Below, piece after piece: positions 30,740 to 39,871 of a stretch of DNA of 64,000 bases. Within the stretch, counting starts at the first letter, position 1. Each line of letters opens with the position of its first letter. Source of the DNA: an uncultured Alphaproteobacteria bacterium. Its GTDB lineage: Bacteria; Pseudomonadota; Alphaproteobacteria; Methylaequorales; Methylaequoraceae. The DNA lies in NCBI GenBank assembly GCA_902563305.1, contig CACEWP010000001.1, positions 40,130 to 104,129 of the forward strand, in the 5' to 3' direction. Made by a program: the position numbers and the translations under genes. The notes beneath the pieces were generated by a model. That model ran no database searches and had not been told where the DNA came from. It saw nothing but the letters and a program-made list of their open reading frames with translations.

Positions 30740-32117
30740 ATCTTTCCCTGTATTTACTTACAATTTTGAGTGCCAATAAATTTAAAAAAAGGGTTGCAAC
30801 AAAAAGTGTGATTCCTAGGGCAAAAGCAGCAAGTGTTTTTGCACTATCAAACTCTTGGTCGCCAATTAAGAGTGTAACTATTTGTACTGTGACAGTTGTT
30901 ACAGCTTCAAAAGGATTAGCTGTTAAGTTTGCTGCAATTCCTGCAGCCATAACAACTATCATAGTTTCGCCTATAGCACGAGAAACTGCGAGAAGAATTG
31001 CTCCAATTATACCAGGCAAAGCAGCTGGAAGTATTATTTTTTTAACTGTTTCTGATTTTGTTGCTCCCATAGCATAAGATGCATCACGTAAGGACTTTGG
31101 CACGGCACTGATAACATCATCTGATAAAGATGAAATAAAAGGAATAATCATTATTCCCATAACACCACCAGCGGCTATTGCACTTTCAGAGGCAATATTA
31201 AATCCACTATAGTTTGCTAAATCTTTAAAAAAAGGACCAACTGTAATAGCTGCAAAAAATCCATACACTACAGTAGGTACGCCTGCTAGTATTTCTAAGA
31301 TTGGTTTAAAGGTTTGTCGAACTTTGGGAGTTGCATATTCTGATAAATATACAGCAGAAAGCAAACCAACTGGAATTGCCACAGACATTGCTATCAGGGT
31401 GATCAAAAGTGTTCCTGAAAAAATCGGGATTGCTCCAAAAACACCTTGACTTGCAATTTGTCCTTCTCTAATTGCTGTTTGAGGGCTCCAAGATAGACCA
31501 AATAAGAAATCAAAAAAAGGTATTTCATCAAAAAATCTTAAAGCTTCAAAAATCAGAGAAAAAATAATTCCTATAGTTGTAATTATTGCGATTGTCGAAG
31601 AGAATATTAATAGATTTATATTTGATTTTTCTACTGCCTGTCTTGCCTTAAATGTGGTTGAAATCTTTTTTAATGAAAAATAGCTAGAGAGAAAAGCAAC
31701 AATTAAAATAGAAAAATATGCAAAAGAGTTTGAGTAATTATTTAGGTCTTTAAAATATGTCGCGCTTTCCACTATCAAAGGATTTGTTCCTGGGAAAATT
31801 CTCTCGAGATCGACTGCTTTTATGCTATCAACTAGCATTGAGGGGGCTCCATCGAAGTTTGCTGATAATTGCTCCGGGATGTTTTGTAATAAAATGTATT
31901 CCAGAATAAAGGGCTTACCAACTAACCAGAGCAGAAGCAATGATGATGTTGGGAAAATAATTAATAGGAGTGAATATGTTCCGTAGTAAGATGGCAGAGA
32001 GGGAAGTTTTGATCCTTTTTCTAATTTAGCATTAAGTTTTAAGGCTTTGTTGGTTGCATACCAGTGAACTGATAGCCCCAACACTACTAAAATAAAGAAA
32101 AAGGACCAAAAACCCAT
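30732..32117 (-). CDS. pstC: Phosphate ABC transporter permease PstC
   Basis: ILAGVPTVVYG and SRAIGETM motifs. Confidence 0.95.
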   Translation of the reverse strand: MGFWSFFFILVVLGLSVHWYATNKALKLNAKLEKGSKLPSLPSYYGTYSLLLIIFPTSSLLLLWLVGKPFILEYILLQNIPEQLSANFDGAPSMLVDSIKAVDLERIFPGTNPLIVESATYFKDLNNYSNSFAYFSILIVAFLSSYFSLKKISTTFKARQAVEKSNINLLIFSSTIAIITTIGIIFSLIFEALRFFDEIPFFDFLFGLSWSPQTAIREGQIASQGVFGAIPIFSGTLLITLIAMSVAIPVGLLSAVYLSEYATPKVRQTFKPILEILAGVPTVVYGFFAAITVGPFFKDLANYSGFNIASESAIAAGGVMGIMIIPFISSLSDDVISAVPKSLRDASYAMGATKSETVKKIILPAALPGIIGAILLAVSRAIGETMIVVMAAGIAANLTANPFEAVTTVTVQIVTLLIGDQEFDSAKTLAAFALGITLFVATLFLNLLALKIVSKYRERYE

Positions 32118-32143
32118 AACGTAACATTAAAGAATTCCTTCTT

Positions 32144-33190
32144 CTACTTCAAGACCTTAGCATCAAATTTAGCAAGAGTTTTACCATCTTTTTCAAATTG
32201 AGCTCTCTCGCTTTCACCAAGTGGAATAAGGCCCTTTGATACTAAATAACCGTCAGAACCAATTGCTTTTGAAGAGGTAAATTCTCTTACATATTCTTTT
32301 ATTCCTGGAATAACCGATGCATGAGCATTTTTTATGTAGAAAAACAATGATCTTGAGACTGGATATTTACCAGATGAGATAGCCTCAAACTCTGGAAAAA
32401 CACCATCAACTTTTGCCGCTTTGACCTTATCTCGATTTTGATCAAGAAAAGAATAACCAAAGACTCCCAATGCGCCAGGGTCAGCAACCAACTTTTCGAT
32501 AATTAAGTTGTCGTTTTCTCCAGCTTCAACATAGGGACCATCTTCTCTGACACTTCGGCATTGACTTTTATAAAGTTTTTTGTCTTTTTTCTTCAGTGCT
32601 TTTCTTCCAGGAAATTTTTTGCAACCTCTTTCAATAGCTAATTCATTGAAAGCATCACGTGTCCCAGAAGTCGGAGGTGGCCCAATTACAACAATAGGCG
32701 CAGCTGGTAATGCTGGGTTTACTTCGTTCCACATTTTGTAAGGGTTAGGTTTTACAGTATTTCCTTCGGGATCCGCAGGAACGTCTTTAGCCAGAGCAAG
32801 ATAAATATCCTTTAATGATAATTCCAGCATAGGACCAGATTTAGCGTTAGCCATGGCAATTCCATCAAAGCCGACTTTTATTTCGGTAATATCAGTTACG
32901 CCATTTTCTGAGCATTTTTTTACTTCCTTGGATTTTATTCTTCTAGAAGCATTAGTAATGTCTGGATGTTCGGTTCCTAGGCCTTTGCAGAAAAGCTTAA
33001 GACCTCCACCTGAACCTGTAGATTCAATTACAGGAGTTTTAAAACCGCTTGTTTTCCCGAATCTTTCTGCCACTACCGTAGCAAAAGGATAAACTGTGGA
33101 AGAACCAACAATTTTTATTTGGTCGCGTGCTATTGATTCAGTGCTAAAAGCAAATGCCAAAGCAACAATAGCAAGTGAAGATTTTTTCAT
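32144..33190 (-). CDS. pstS: Phosphate ABC transporter substrate-binding protein
   Basis: Signal peptide; VGSSTVYPF, STGSGGG and SGTRDAF motifs. Confidence 0.95.
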   Translation of the reverse strand: MKKSSLAIVALAFAFSTESIARDQIKIVGSSTVYPFATVVAERFGKTSGFKTPVIESTGSGGGLKLFCKGLGTEHPDITNASRRIKSKEVKKCSENGVTDITEIKVGFDGIAMANAKSGPMLELSLKDIYLALAKDVPADPEGNTVKPNPYKMWNEVNPALPAAPIVVIGPPPTSGTRDAFNELAIERGCKKFPGRKALKKKDKKLYKSQCRSVREDGPYVEAGENDNLIIEKLVADPGALGVFGYSFLDQNRDKVKAAKVDGVFPEFEAISSGKYPVSRSLFFYIKNAHASVIPGIKEYVREFTSSKAIGSDGYLVSKGLIPLGESERAQFEKDGKTLAKFDAKVLK

Positions 33191-33251
33191 ATTTCCTCTC
33201 TTTATAGTTAAAGGTTAAAAGCAAACAATAAGCAATTAAGTGTATAGAAAT

Positions 33252-33280
33252 ATGACATTTATGTTACATTTTTATGACAA
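33252..33280 (-). promoter_or_regulatory. Pho box (three PhoB half-sites) upstream of pstS
   Basis: Minus strand TTGTCAT-AAAA-ATGTAAC-ATAA-ATGTCAT; 11-bp period matching CTGTCAT-N4-CTGT(A/C)A(C/T). Confidence 0.9.
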
Positions 33281-33312
33281 TGTACTTTTATTACTTTTTA
33301 CTCATTTAAGGT

Positions 33313-33828
33313 TCACAAATCTTTAGGTTTTGTATAAAAATTTATTTTTGATACTGATTTATTAATCTCAAACCATTCTTTACACTTGAAGCTTACATTA
33401 AAAAAAGCAGAAGTTGTATATTCTTCAATAGCATTTAGATAATATTTATTGTTGCTTCCACTAAAAAAATTCTCAATTGAACTGGAAATTAAGGGTTCAT
33501 GTGATACTACCAAAACTCTGTTTAGTTTTGCGTGTAACATAACCGTATCAAATATATTTATTCCTGATGAATGATATAAGTCCTCTAAATAATAGATCTT
33601 CGGATCATTGGAAACTTTTTCTAATAATAGCTTTAATGTTTCTTTGGTTCTCCTCGATGGAGAACAAAAAATTTCTTTAAACACTATTTTTTTTTCTTTT
33701 TTCTCTAAAAATTTTAGTATTTTTTCGGTTTTTTTTTTACCCTTCATCGAAATAGGTCTTGACATATCGTCTCCATCGAAATTACTCCAATCTGACTTAG
33801 CATGCCTAATTAACGATAAATTTAGCAT
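33313..33828 (-). CDS. sixA: Histidine phosphatase, SixA family
   Basis: RHAKSDW, RP.S..G, SPSRRT and VSHEP motifs. Confidence 0.85.
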   Translation of the reverse strand: MLNLSLIRHAKSDWSNFDGDDMSRPISMKGKKKTEKILKFLEKKEKKIVFKEIFCSPSRRTKETLKLLLEKVSNDPKIYYLEDLYHSSGINIFDTVMLHAKLNRVLVVSHEPLISSSIENFFSGSNNKYYLNAIEEYTTSAFFNVSFKCKEWFEINKSVSKINFYTKPKDL

Positions 33829-33970
33829 AAAGTGTAGATTAACAATTTAGATAAAAATTTAAAAGGTAAATTAAGTCATTCATGATTTATTTTAATTAAT
33901 AAACATATTTTAAAAAAGTGTGAGAGTGAAATGCGTGAGAGTAAATTGAAACCCTTAATGAAAGTGCCTT

Positions 33971-35425
33971 TTAATTACTTTTTAATGATTCAAAGGCATC
34001 TGAAATATTTTTCATGCCCCTTTCAAACGATTGTCCGAAAAGCAGATAGGTTTTTTTTGCTTTAAAATTAACCTTATTTATGGAATTAATTGTTAATTTA
34101 CAATGATCCAAATTATTATAGTTAAGTCTGCCTGTGATATGATGCGCCATTCTTAAAAGTTGTCCCAATATTTTAACTTTAATGAGATTTTTTTTTGAAA
34201 TCTTTTCTGAATAAGACAAAGCAAAATTTTCCTTAAGATTGTTTGAATATCTAAAGTAAAGAATTAAAGCAAGCATAATTCTATTTTGCCTATCTAGGTG
34301 AAAAAATTGATGGTATAAGATTTTTTCAAGAGCAAAAATTCTTCTATGCTCTGGATGCAAAGCCGACGCTATGTTTGTAAGCCAGCATGCTGAAAGTAAA
34401 AGATTTTGATCCATTTTCAAAATATCATTAAACGGTAAAATCCAACTGAATAATTTCTCGGCATTTCTTTTCTTAATTGTTCCGCGAGCTATTTTTCTAA
34501 TTTGGCTTAAAAACGGATCCACGCCTTTGTCTTTAACTAGATCATATAGAACACCTTCTCTAACTCCAGTGTTAGTAAAAAAGATTTTTTTTATCGACAA
34601 CTTTTGAACTAACATTTCTAAAACATTAAAGGTGTATGGGATCGATTTTTTTCTTGATTTGAATAACTGGCTTAAAAACTTTTCATCAACTGTATTTTTA
34701 TTTACAAAAATTCTTGTTCTTAATTCATTCAAAAATTCAGCTGAATCAACTTTATAATCTTGAATTATTTTTAAATCTTCACTTTTTATATGCATATGCA
34801 ATTTTGCTAATGCTCTAAAGGACCCTCCAACTGCATAAAAATTTGAGTATTTATTTAATTTTACTTTTTGTATGGAATCTTTAATATATTTAAATACCTT
34901 TTTGTCATCAAAATTGCCAATTTTTTTAAGGACTACATGTCCTATAATTAAAGATTCAATAAATTTTATTTGTTTCGAAGTATTAACTTCAGTTAATTCA
35001 AGACTACCGCCGCCAAAATCGCCAACAATTCCATCGACTTCGTGGTGTGAAAAAAAAACACCTTTTGCTGATAACTCTCCCTCTTCTTCTTCCGTTAAAA
35101 CTCTTATATCATGGTCGAACTCAGATCTTAGTTTTTTTACAATAAGATTTTGATTTTCTGCAAGTCGCAAAGCAGCTGATCCAAAAATATGAAGATTTTT
35201 TTTTTTAACATTTTTACATAAATAAAAAAATCTTTTTAATACCTTCATTAAATTTTGGAGTTCTGATTCATCTATTCTTTTCATGAATATTCCTTTTCCC
35301 AAATTTAAAGTAACTTTTTCATTAAAGATGACACTAGCTGAAAACTTTTGCTCATCAAAAATGACAAGCCTAACTGAAGATGAGCCAATATCAATTATGG
35401 CAATTGGATTATTTTTATTACTCAT
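33971..35425 (-). CDS. ppx: Exopolyphosphatase Ppx/GppA
   Basis: IDIGSSSVRL, AALR.A.N, DFGGGSLE and GVREG motifs; ATGA overlap with the ppk stop. Confidence 0.92.
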   Translation of the reverse strand: MSNKNNPIAIIDIGSSSVRLVIFDEQKFSASVIFNEKVTLNLGKGIFMKRIDESELQNLMKVLKRFFYLCKNVKKKNLHIFGSAALRLAENQNLIVKKLRSEFDHDIRVLTEEEEGELSAKGVFFSHHEVDGIVGDFGGGSLELTEVNTSKQIKFIESLIIGHVVLKKIGNFDDKKVFKYIKDSIQKVKLNKYSNFYAVGGSFRALAKLHMHIKSEDLKIIQDYKVDSAEFLNELRTRIFVNKNTVDEKFLSQLFKSRKKSIPYTFNVLEMLVQKLSIKKIFFTNTGVREGVLYDLVKDKGVDPFLSQIRKIARGTIKKRNAEKLFSWILPFNDILKMDQNLLLSACWLTNIASALHPEHRRIFALEKILYHQFFHLDRQNRIMLALILYFRYSNNLKENFALSYSEKISKKNLIKVKILGQLLRMAHHITGRLNYNNLDHCKLTINSINKVNFKAKKTYLLFGQSFERGMKNISDAFESLKSN

Positions 35426-37515
35426 TTTTTTTTAAATTTTGATCCTCTGCCAGATAAAGATGGATTGTCTATAAAATACTTATGTGCAGAAAAACCAACT
35501 GATTTTGAAGCAATGCGTTCGTAAGACCCGTTAGATTTTAATTTCCAACTATTTTTTTTATCTTTTAAGTATGCAACCATTATTTGATTCAGAATTTGTT
35601 TTTGAACAGTTTCGTTGGCTATGGGAATAAAAGCTTCTACCCTTCTATCAAGATTTCTTGTCATAAGGTCAGCTGAAGAAATAAAAACGAAATTTTTTTC
35701 ATTTGGCATTTTATTCCCGTTGGCAAAACAAAAAATTCTGCTGTGCTCCAAAAACCTTCCTATAATACTTTTTACCTCAATATTCTCAGAAAAACCAGGA
35801 ATTCCTGGCCTTAGTCCGCATATACCTCTTACTATTAGTTTTATTTTAACTCCATTCTGTGAAGCAAAATATAATTGATCAATGATATTACTATCAATTA
35901 ATGAATTAACTTTGATCCATATTTGAGCAGGTAGATTCTTTTTTTTATTTGTAATTTCATTGTTGATAAGAGAGGTCAATTTTTCCCTTAGAAATTTTGG
36001 TGAATATGTCAACACATTCATTTTTTCTGGCTTTGTATAACCAGTTATAAAATTAAAAACTTTTAAAGCGTCATTTGCCAAATCTTTATTACATGAAAAA
36101 AAAGATAAATCAGTATAAGTTTTTGCAGTTATAGGGTGATAATTTCCAGTTCCAAAATGAACATACGACACAAGCTCATCACTTTCCTTTCTTGTTACAA
36201 CAGAAATCTTAGCGTGAGTTTTGAGATTTACAAATCCATATACGATGTGCACACCAGCTTTTTCTAAATCACGCGCCCATTTGATATTTTTCTCTTCATC
36301 AAAACGAGCTTTCAATTCCACTATTGCTGTTACTGACTTGCCATTATTAGAAGCATCAATTAAAGCTTTAATTATTGGCGAGTTTTTGCTCGTTCTATAA
36401 AGTGTTTGTTTAATCGATACAACAAAATCATCTATTGCTGCTTGTTCCAAAAAGTTTACAACAACATCAAAACTCTCAAAGGGATGGTGAACGATAATAT
36501 CCTTTTTCTTAATTGCTGAAAAACAACTCCCATTATAATCTATGATTCTTTGCGGAAATCTTGGCTTTATTTTTTTAAATTTAAGATCTTGATCGGCGTG
36601 CTCGACAATCTCATTTAGTGAATTAATATCCAAAAGTGAATTTACTCGAAAAATTCTTTCCTCACTAACTTTGAGCGATTTTTTAATAAAAGAAAGTAAT
36701 TTTTTTTCTACTCTTCCTTGAATATATAAACCAATAACTGTTCCTCTCCTTCTTTTTTTTAGAGCAGTTTCGAATGAGAGAATTAAATCCTCAGCCTCTT
36801 CTTCAAATTCAATATCACTGTCTCTGATAACTCTAATTAATGAAAAACTTTTTAGCTTAAAATCTGGAAAGATAATTTTGATGTTATTTTTTATAATATC
36901 CTCGGATTTAGCAAAATTATTGGGATTTGAAACTTTGAAAAATCTTTGGAGTTTTGGTGGAAAAATAACTAGAGAATAGGATAGCTTCCCTTTTTTATTT
37001 ATTAAAGCACACACCATTGTAATGCTTTGATTTGGAAGAAATGGAAATGGATGGGCACCATCAATTGCTAATGGTGTTAAAGAGGGCAGAATTGATTTTT
37101 TGAATACTTCAACTGTTTTTTTTTCTTCTTTTTTGAAATCTTTTGGTATTTCCAAAACTTTTATTTTTTTTTTACTTAATTCTTTTTTAAGGCTATTCCA
37201 AATATTTTGTTGTTTTTTTAAAAGTGACCTCAAAGATTTTGTAACGTCATTAAACTGTTGCCTAGTTGTTCTTCCGTCATCAGTTCTCATGGAAACTTTC
37301 TGTTTCATCAGTCGGTAAAGTCCTGCAACTCTTACCATATGAAATTCATCTAAATTATTTCCTGAAATTGATAGAAATCTTAGTCTCTCTATTAACAGAT
37401 TCCGAAGGTTTTCTGATTCGCTCAAAACTCTATCATTGAAACTCAACCAAGATAACTCTCTATTGATGAAACGCATCGGAGAATTTTGAATGTTTTTATT
37501 AAATTTTTTGTTCAT
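35422..37515 (-). CDS. ppk1: Polyphosphate kinase 1
   Basis: NRELSWL, NLDEF, HHPFESF, ELKARFDE, KTHAK, GTGNYH, FLEHSR and SADLMTRNLDRRVE motifs. Confidence 0.98.
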   Translation of the reverse strand: MNKKFNKNIQNSPMRFINRELSWLSFNDRVLSESENLRNLLIERLRFLSISGNNLDEFHMVRVAGLYRLMKQKVSMRTDDGRTTRQQFNDVTKSLRSLLKKQQNIWNSLKKELSKKKIKVLEIPKDFKKEEKKTVEVFKKSILPSLTPLAIDGAHPFPFLPNQSITMVCALINKKGKLSYSLVIFPPKLQRFFKVSNPNNFAKSEDIIKNNIKIIFPDFKLKSFSLIRVIRDSDIEFEEEAEDLILSFETALKKRRRGTVIGLYIQGRVEKKLLSFIKKSLKVSEERIFRVNSLLDINSLNEIVEHADQDLKFKKIKPRFPQRIIDYNGSCFSAIKKKDIIVHHPFESFDVVVNFLEQAAIDDFVVSIKQTLYRTSKNSPIIKALIDASNNGKSVTAIVELKARFDEEKNIKWARDLEKAGVHIVYGFVNLKTHAKISVVTRKESDELVSYVHFGTGNYHPITAKTYTDLSFFSCNKDLANDALKVFNFITGYTKPEKMNVLTYSPKFLREKLTSLINNEITNKKKNLPAQIWIKVNSLIDSNIIDQLYFASQNGVKIKLIVRGICGLRPGIPGFSENIEVKSIIGRFLEHSRIFCFANGNKMPNEKNFVFISSADLMTRNLDRRVEAFIPIANETVQKQILNQIMVAYLKDKKNSWKLKSNGSYERIASKSVGFSAHKYFIDNPSLSGRGSKFKKK

Positions 37516-38761
37516 TATAACTTTCCTGGAGGAAGGATGTTAAATACAAACAAAAAGCAATCATGATTGTTGATAATGCTAAGCTTAAAGTTAGCCCGCC
37601 AAATTGATAAGATAATCCAGATAAAAGGGTTCCGAAAAACCTTCCAGTAGCATTAGCCATATAGTAAAAGCCAACATCAAGAGAAACTCTGTTCATTTTT
37701 GAGAAATGCAAAATCAAATAAGAATGAATAGACGAATTTACAGCAAATATTCCACAAAAAATAAAAAGACCAGAAAATAAAAAAATTGTTGTCAGAAAAA
37801 TTTCACTGAAAAAAAATAGTAAAAAAGTTAATAAGATTAGATTAATTAGGAGGTAGAGAACCCAATTTTTTGAGATATCTACCAAGTTAATTTTTCTGTT
37901 GTCCTTCTTTAAGAATAATTTTGGTGAGTAAGCTTGAATTATTCCGTAGAGAATTATCCATGCGGCCATAAAGCTCCCAATTATAAAGAAGGCTTTTTTA
38001 TTCCCATCTACCGAACCATCCGAAAAAATACTGTAAAAAAAAATTGGCAATCCAACCACAAACCAAACATCACGTGCTCCAAATAAAAAAATTCTTGCTG
38101 CAGATAGAAAGTTAATGTTTTTAGATTTTGAAAATACATCGAATATTTTTGCTTTATTATTTTTATTTATAAGATCATCCTTTAAGAAAATAAAACTACA
38201 TACCAAAATAAAGGTAACAATAACAACCATTGAAATTAATGAATTATAAAAACCTATCGTTGCTAATAATGTACAGCCCAGCAAAAATCCGAAACCTTTT
38301 ACAGCATTTTTCGAACCTGTTAAGATTGCCACCCACTTAAAGAGGCTCGATTGATTATCTGGTGCTAAAAGTTTAACTGCTGATTTAGAGGACATCTTTG
38401 TTAAATCTTTTGCAATACCGCTTAATCCTTGGACGATTAAAACATAAAAAATCGAAAAGTTTTGACTCCAATTTTCATCCAATTGTGATAGAGAGTAAAG
38501 AGAAATTATTTGAACAGTCAAACCTGCATATAAAGTAAGCTTAAGACCGTATCGAGCGGCTAACCATCCAGCTGAAGGATTTGTAAAAATCCCAGCCAGT
38601 TCATAAAATAGAAATAAATATGCGAGTTGTAGTGGTGAAAAACCATTTTGATGAAAATGAAGTAAAACTAACATTCTCAGTGCCCCATCACTAAGCATAA
38701 ATACCCAATAAGCAAAGGTAACTATCAAATAAGAGAATTGTTCTTTAGACAATAAAATCAT
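37499..38761 (-). CDS. arsJ: Organoarsenical (1-arseno-3-phosphoglycerate) efflux MFS transporter ArsJ
   Basis: YW.F.LSDGALRMLV, GIAKDLTKMSSKSA, LTGSKNA.KG, FGARDVWFVVGLP and DVGFYYMANA motifs; directly after a GAPDH gene. Confidence 0.9.
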   Translation of the reverse strand: MILLSKEQFSYLIVTFAYWVFMLSDGALRMLVLLHFHQNGFSPLQLAYLFLFYELAGIFTNPSAGWLAARYGLKLTLYAGLTVQIISLYSLSQLDENWSQNFSIFYVLIVQGLSGIAKDLTKMSSKSAVKLLAPDNQSSLFKWVAILTGSKNAVKGFGFLLGCTLLATIGFYNSLISMVVIVTFILVCSFIFLKDDLINKNNKAKIFDVFSKSKNINFLSAARIFLFGARDVWFVVGLPIFFYSIFSDGSVDGNKKAFFIIGSFMAAWIILYGIIQAYSPKLFLKKDNRKINLVDISKNWVLYLLINLILLTFLLFFFSEIFLTTIFLFSGLFIFCGIFAVNSSIHSYLILHFSKMNRVSLDVGFYYMANATGRFFGTLLSGLSYQFGGLTLSLALSTIMIAFCLYLTSFLQESYNEQKI

Positions 38762-39756
38762 AGAGATTCACTTACAAATTCGCAAATATCAACCATTCTT
38801 TTTGCATAAGCGATTTCGTTGTCATACCATGCATAAACTTTCAGTTGCCTCTTGTTTATAACCATAGTAGAACACGCATCAATAATTGCTGACCTGGTAT
38901 CATTTACATAATCTGCTGATACAAGCTGAGCTTCCTCATAGCCTAAAATCCCTTTCAAATCATTCTCAGAGGCATCTTTAAAAAAGTTATTTACTTCTTC
39001 TTCAGAAGTATCTCGTTTTAATTCAAAAACACAATCCGTTAATGATGAATTTAAAAGTGGGACTCTGACAGCATGACCATTAAGTTTTCCTTCTAATTGA
39101 GGATAAATAAGAGATATTGCTTTCGCACTTCCTGTTGTTGTGGGAATCAAAGAATTTAAAGAGGACCTAGATCGTCTGATATCTTTTCCAGGTTTGTCGA
39201 CAATTGTCTGTGTGTTAGTTACGTTATGTATTGTTGTAATTGACCCATGTACTATGCCAATATTTTCGTGGAGTACTTTTACAACAGGTGCTAAACAGTT
39301 TGTTGTACAACTAGCAGCTGTAATTATTTTATGAGTATCGGGAATATATGTTTTATGGTTTATTCCAAATACTATATTTGCAACATTTTTTTCATTAATT
39401 GGTGCAGAGACAATTACTTTCTTAACACCATTATCAAAATAAGGGGCTAATTTTTTTTCTGATTTGAAGACTCCCGTGCAATCTAAAACAATATCTACAC
39501 CTTCTAGTTTTAAATTTTCAATTTTATTGTGATTATTAAAAATTAGTCTTCGATCATCAATTGAAATTATATTCTGGTCGGTAGAAAATTTGGCATTCCA
39601 CCGACCATGAACAGTGTCAAACTCCAACAAATGGCAATGTGTGTTTATAGTTCCAACTGCATCATTAATCCAAGCTAAATCTAAATTTTTTTCTAGAAGA
39701 AATTTGAGTACATATTTACCAATCCTTCCTATTCCATTAATTGCATACGTTGTCAT
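38758..39756 (-). CDS. gap: ArsJ-associated glyceraldehyde-3-phosphate dehydrogenase
   Basis: INGIGRIG, ASCTTNCLAP and WYDNE motifs; start adjusted to ATG 39756 (MTTYAING); ATGA overlap with arsJ. Confidence 0.92.
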   Translation of the reverse strand: MTTYAINGIGRIGKYVLKFLLEKNLDLAWINDAVGTINTHCHLLEFDTVHGRWNAKFSTDQNIISIDDRRLIFNNHNKIENLKLEGVDIVLDCTGVFKSEKKLAPYFDNGVKKVIVSAPINEKNVANIVFGINHKTYIPDTHKIITAASCTTNCLAPVVKVLHENIGIVHGSITTIHNVTNTQTIVDKPGKDIRRSRSSLNSLIPTTTGSAKAISLIYPQLEGKLNGHAVRVPLLNSSLTDCVFELKRDTSEEEVNNFFKDASENDLKGILGYEEAQLVSADYVNDTRSAIIDACSTMVINKRQLKVYAWYDNEIAYAKRMVDICEFVSESL

Positions 39757-39778
39757 GATGAACGAGTACTTTGGTAGT

Positions 39779-39796
39779 GTTACAGTTTTATGACAA
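39779..39796 (-). promoter_or_regulatory. Pho box upstream of gapdh-arsJ-ppk1-ppx
   Basis: Minus strand TTGTCAT-AAAA-CTGTAAC, close to consensus, 22 nt before the ATG. Confidence 0.88.
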
Positions 39797-39822
39797 AAGC
39801 TCCTAAATAGCCAAAAATACAC

Positions 39823-39859
39823 ATGTCATCTTACGTAAAAGTGTTACGTAAGGTGACAT
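39823..39859. terminator. Long inverted repeat; probable terminator of the Lys-rich gene (or an operator)
   Basis: ATGTCATCTTACGTAA-AAGTG-TTACGTAAGGTGACAT, 16-bp arms with one mismatch, 12 nt after the stop at 39872. Followed by GTGTATTTTT on the minus strand. Confidence 0.55.
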
Positions 39860-39871
39860 ATTATATTTTAT

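Noticed and set aside
29850-31077. Long plus-strand ORFs (213 aa, 131 aa) opposite pstA/pstC
   Set aside because: Antisense shadows of membrane-protein genes with no independent signals.
39757-39822. 22-aa N-terminal extension of GAPDH in the ORF track
   Set aside because: It runs through the Pho box; GAPDH homology begins at MTTYAING (ATG 39756).
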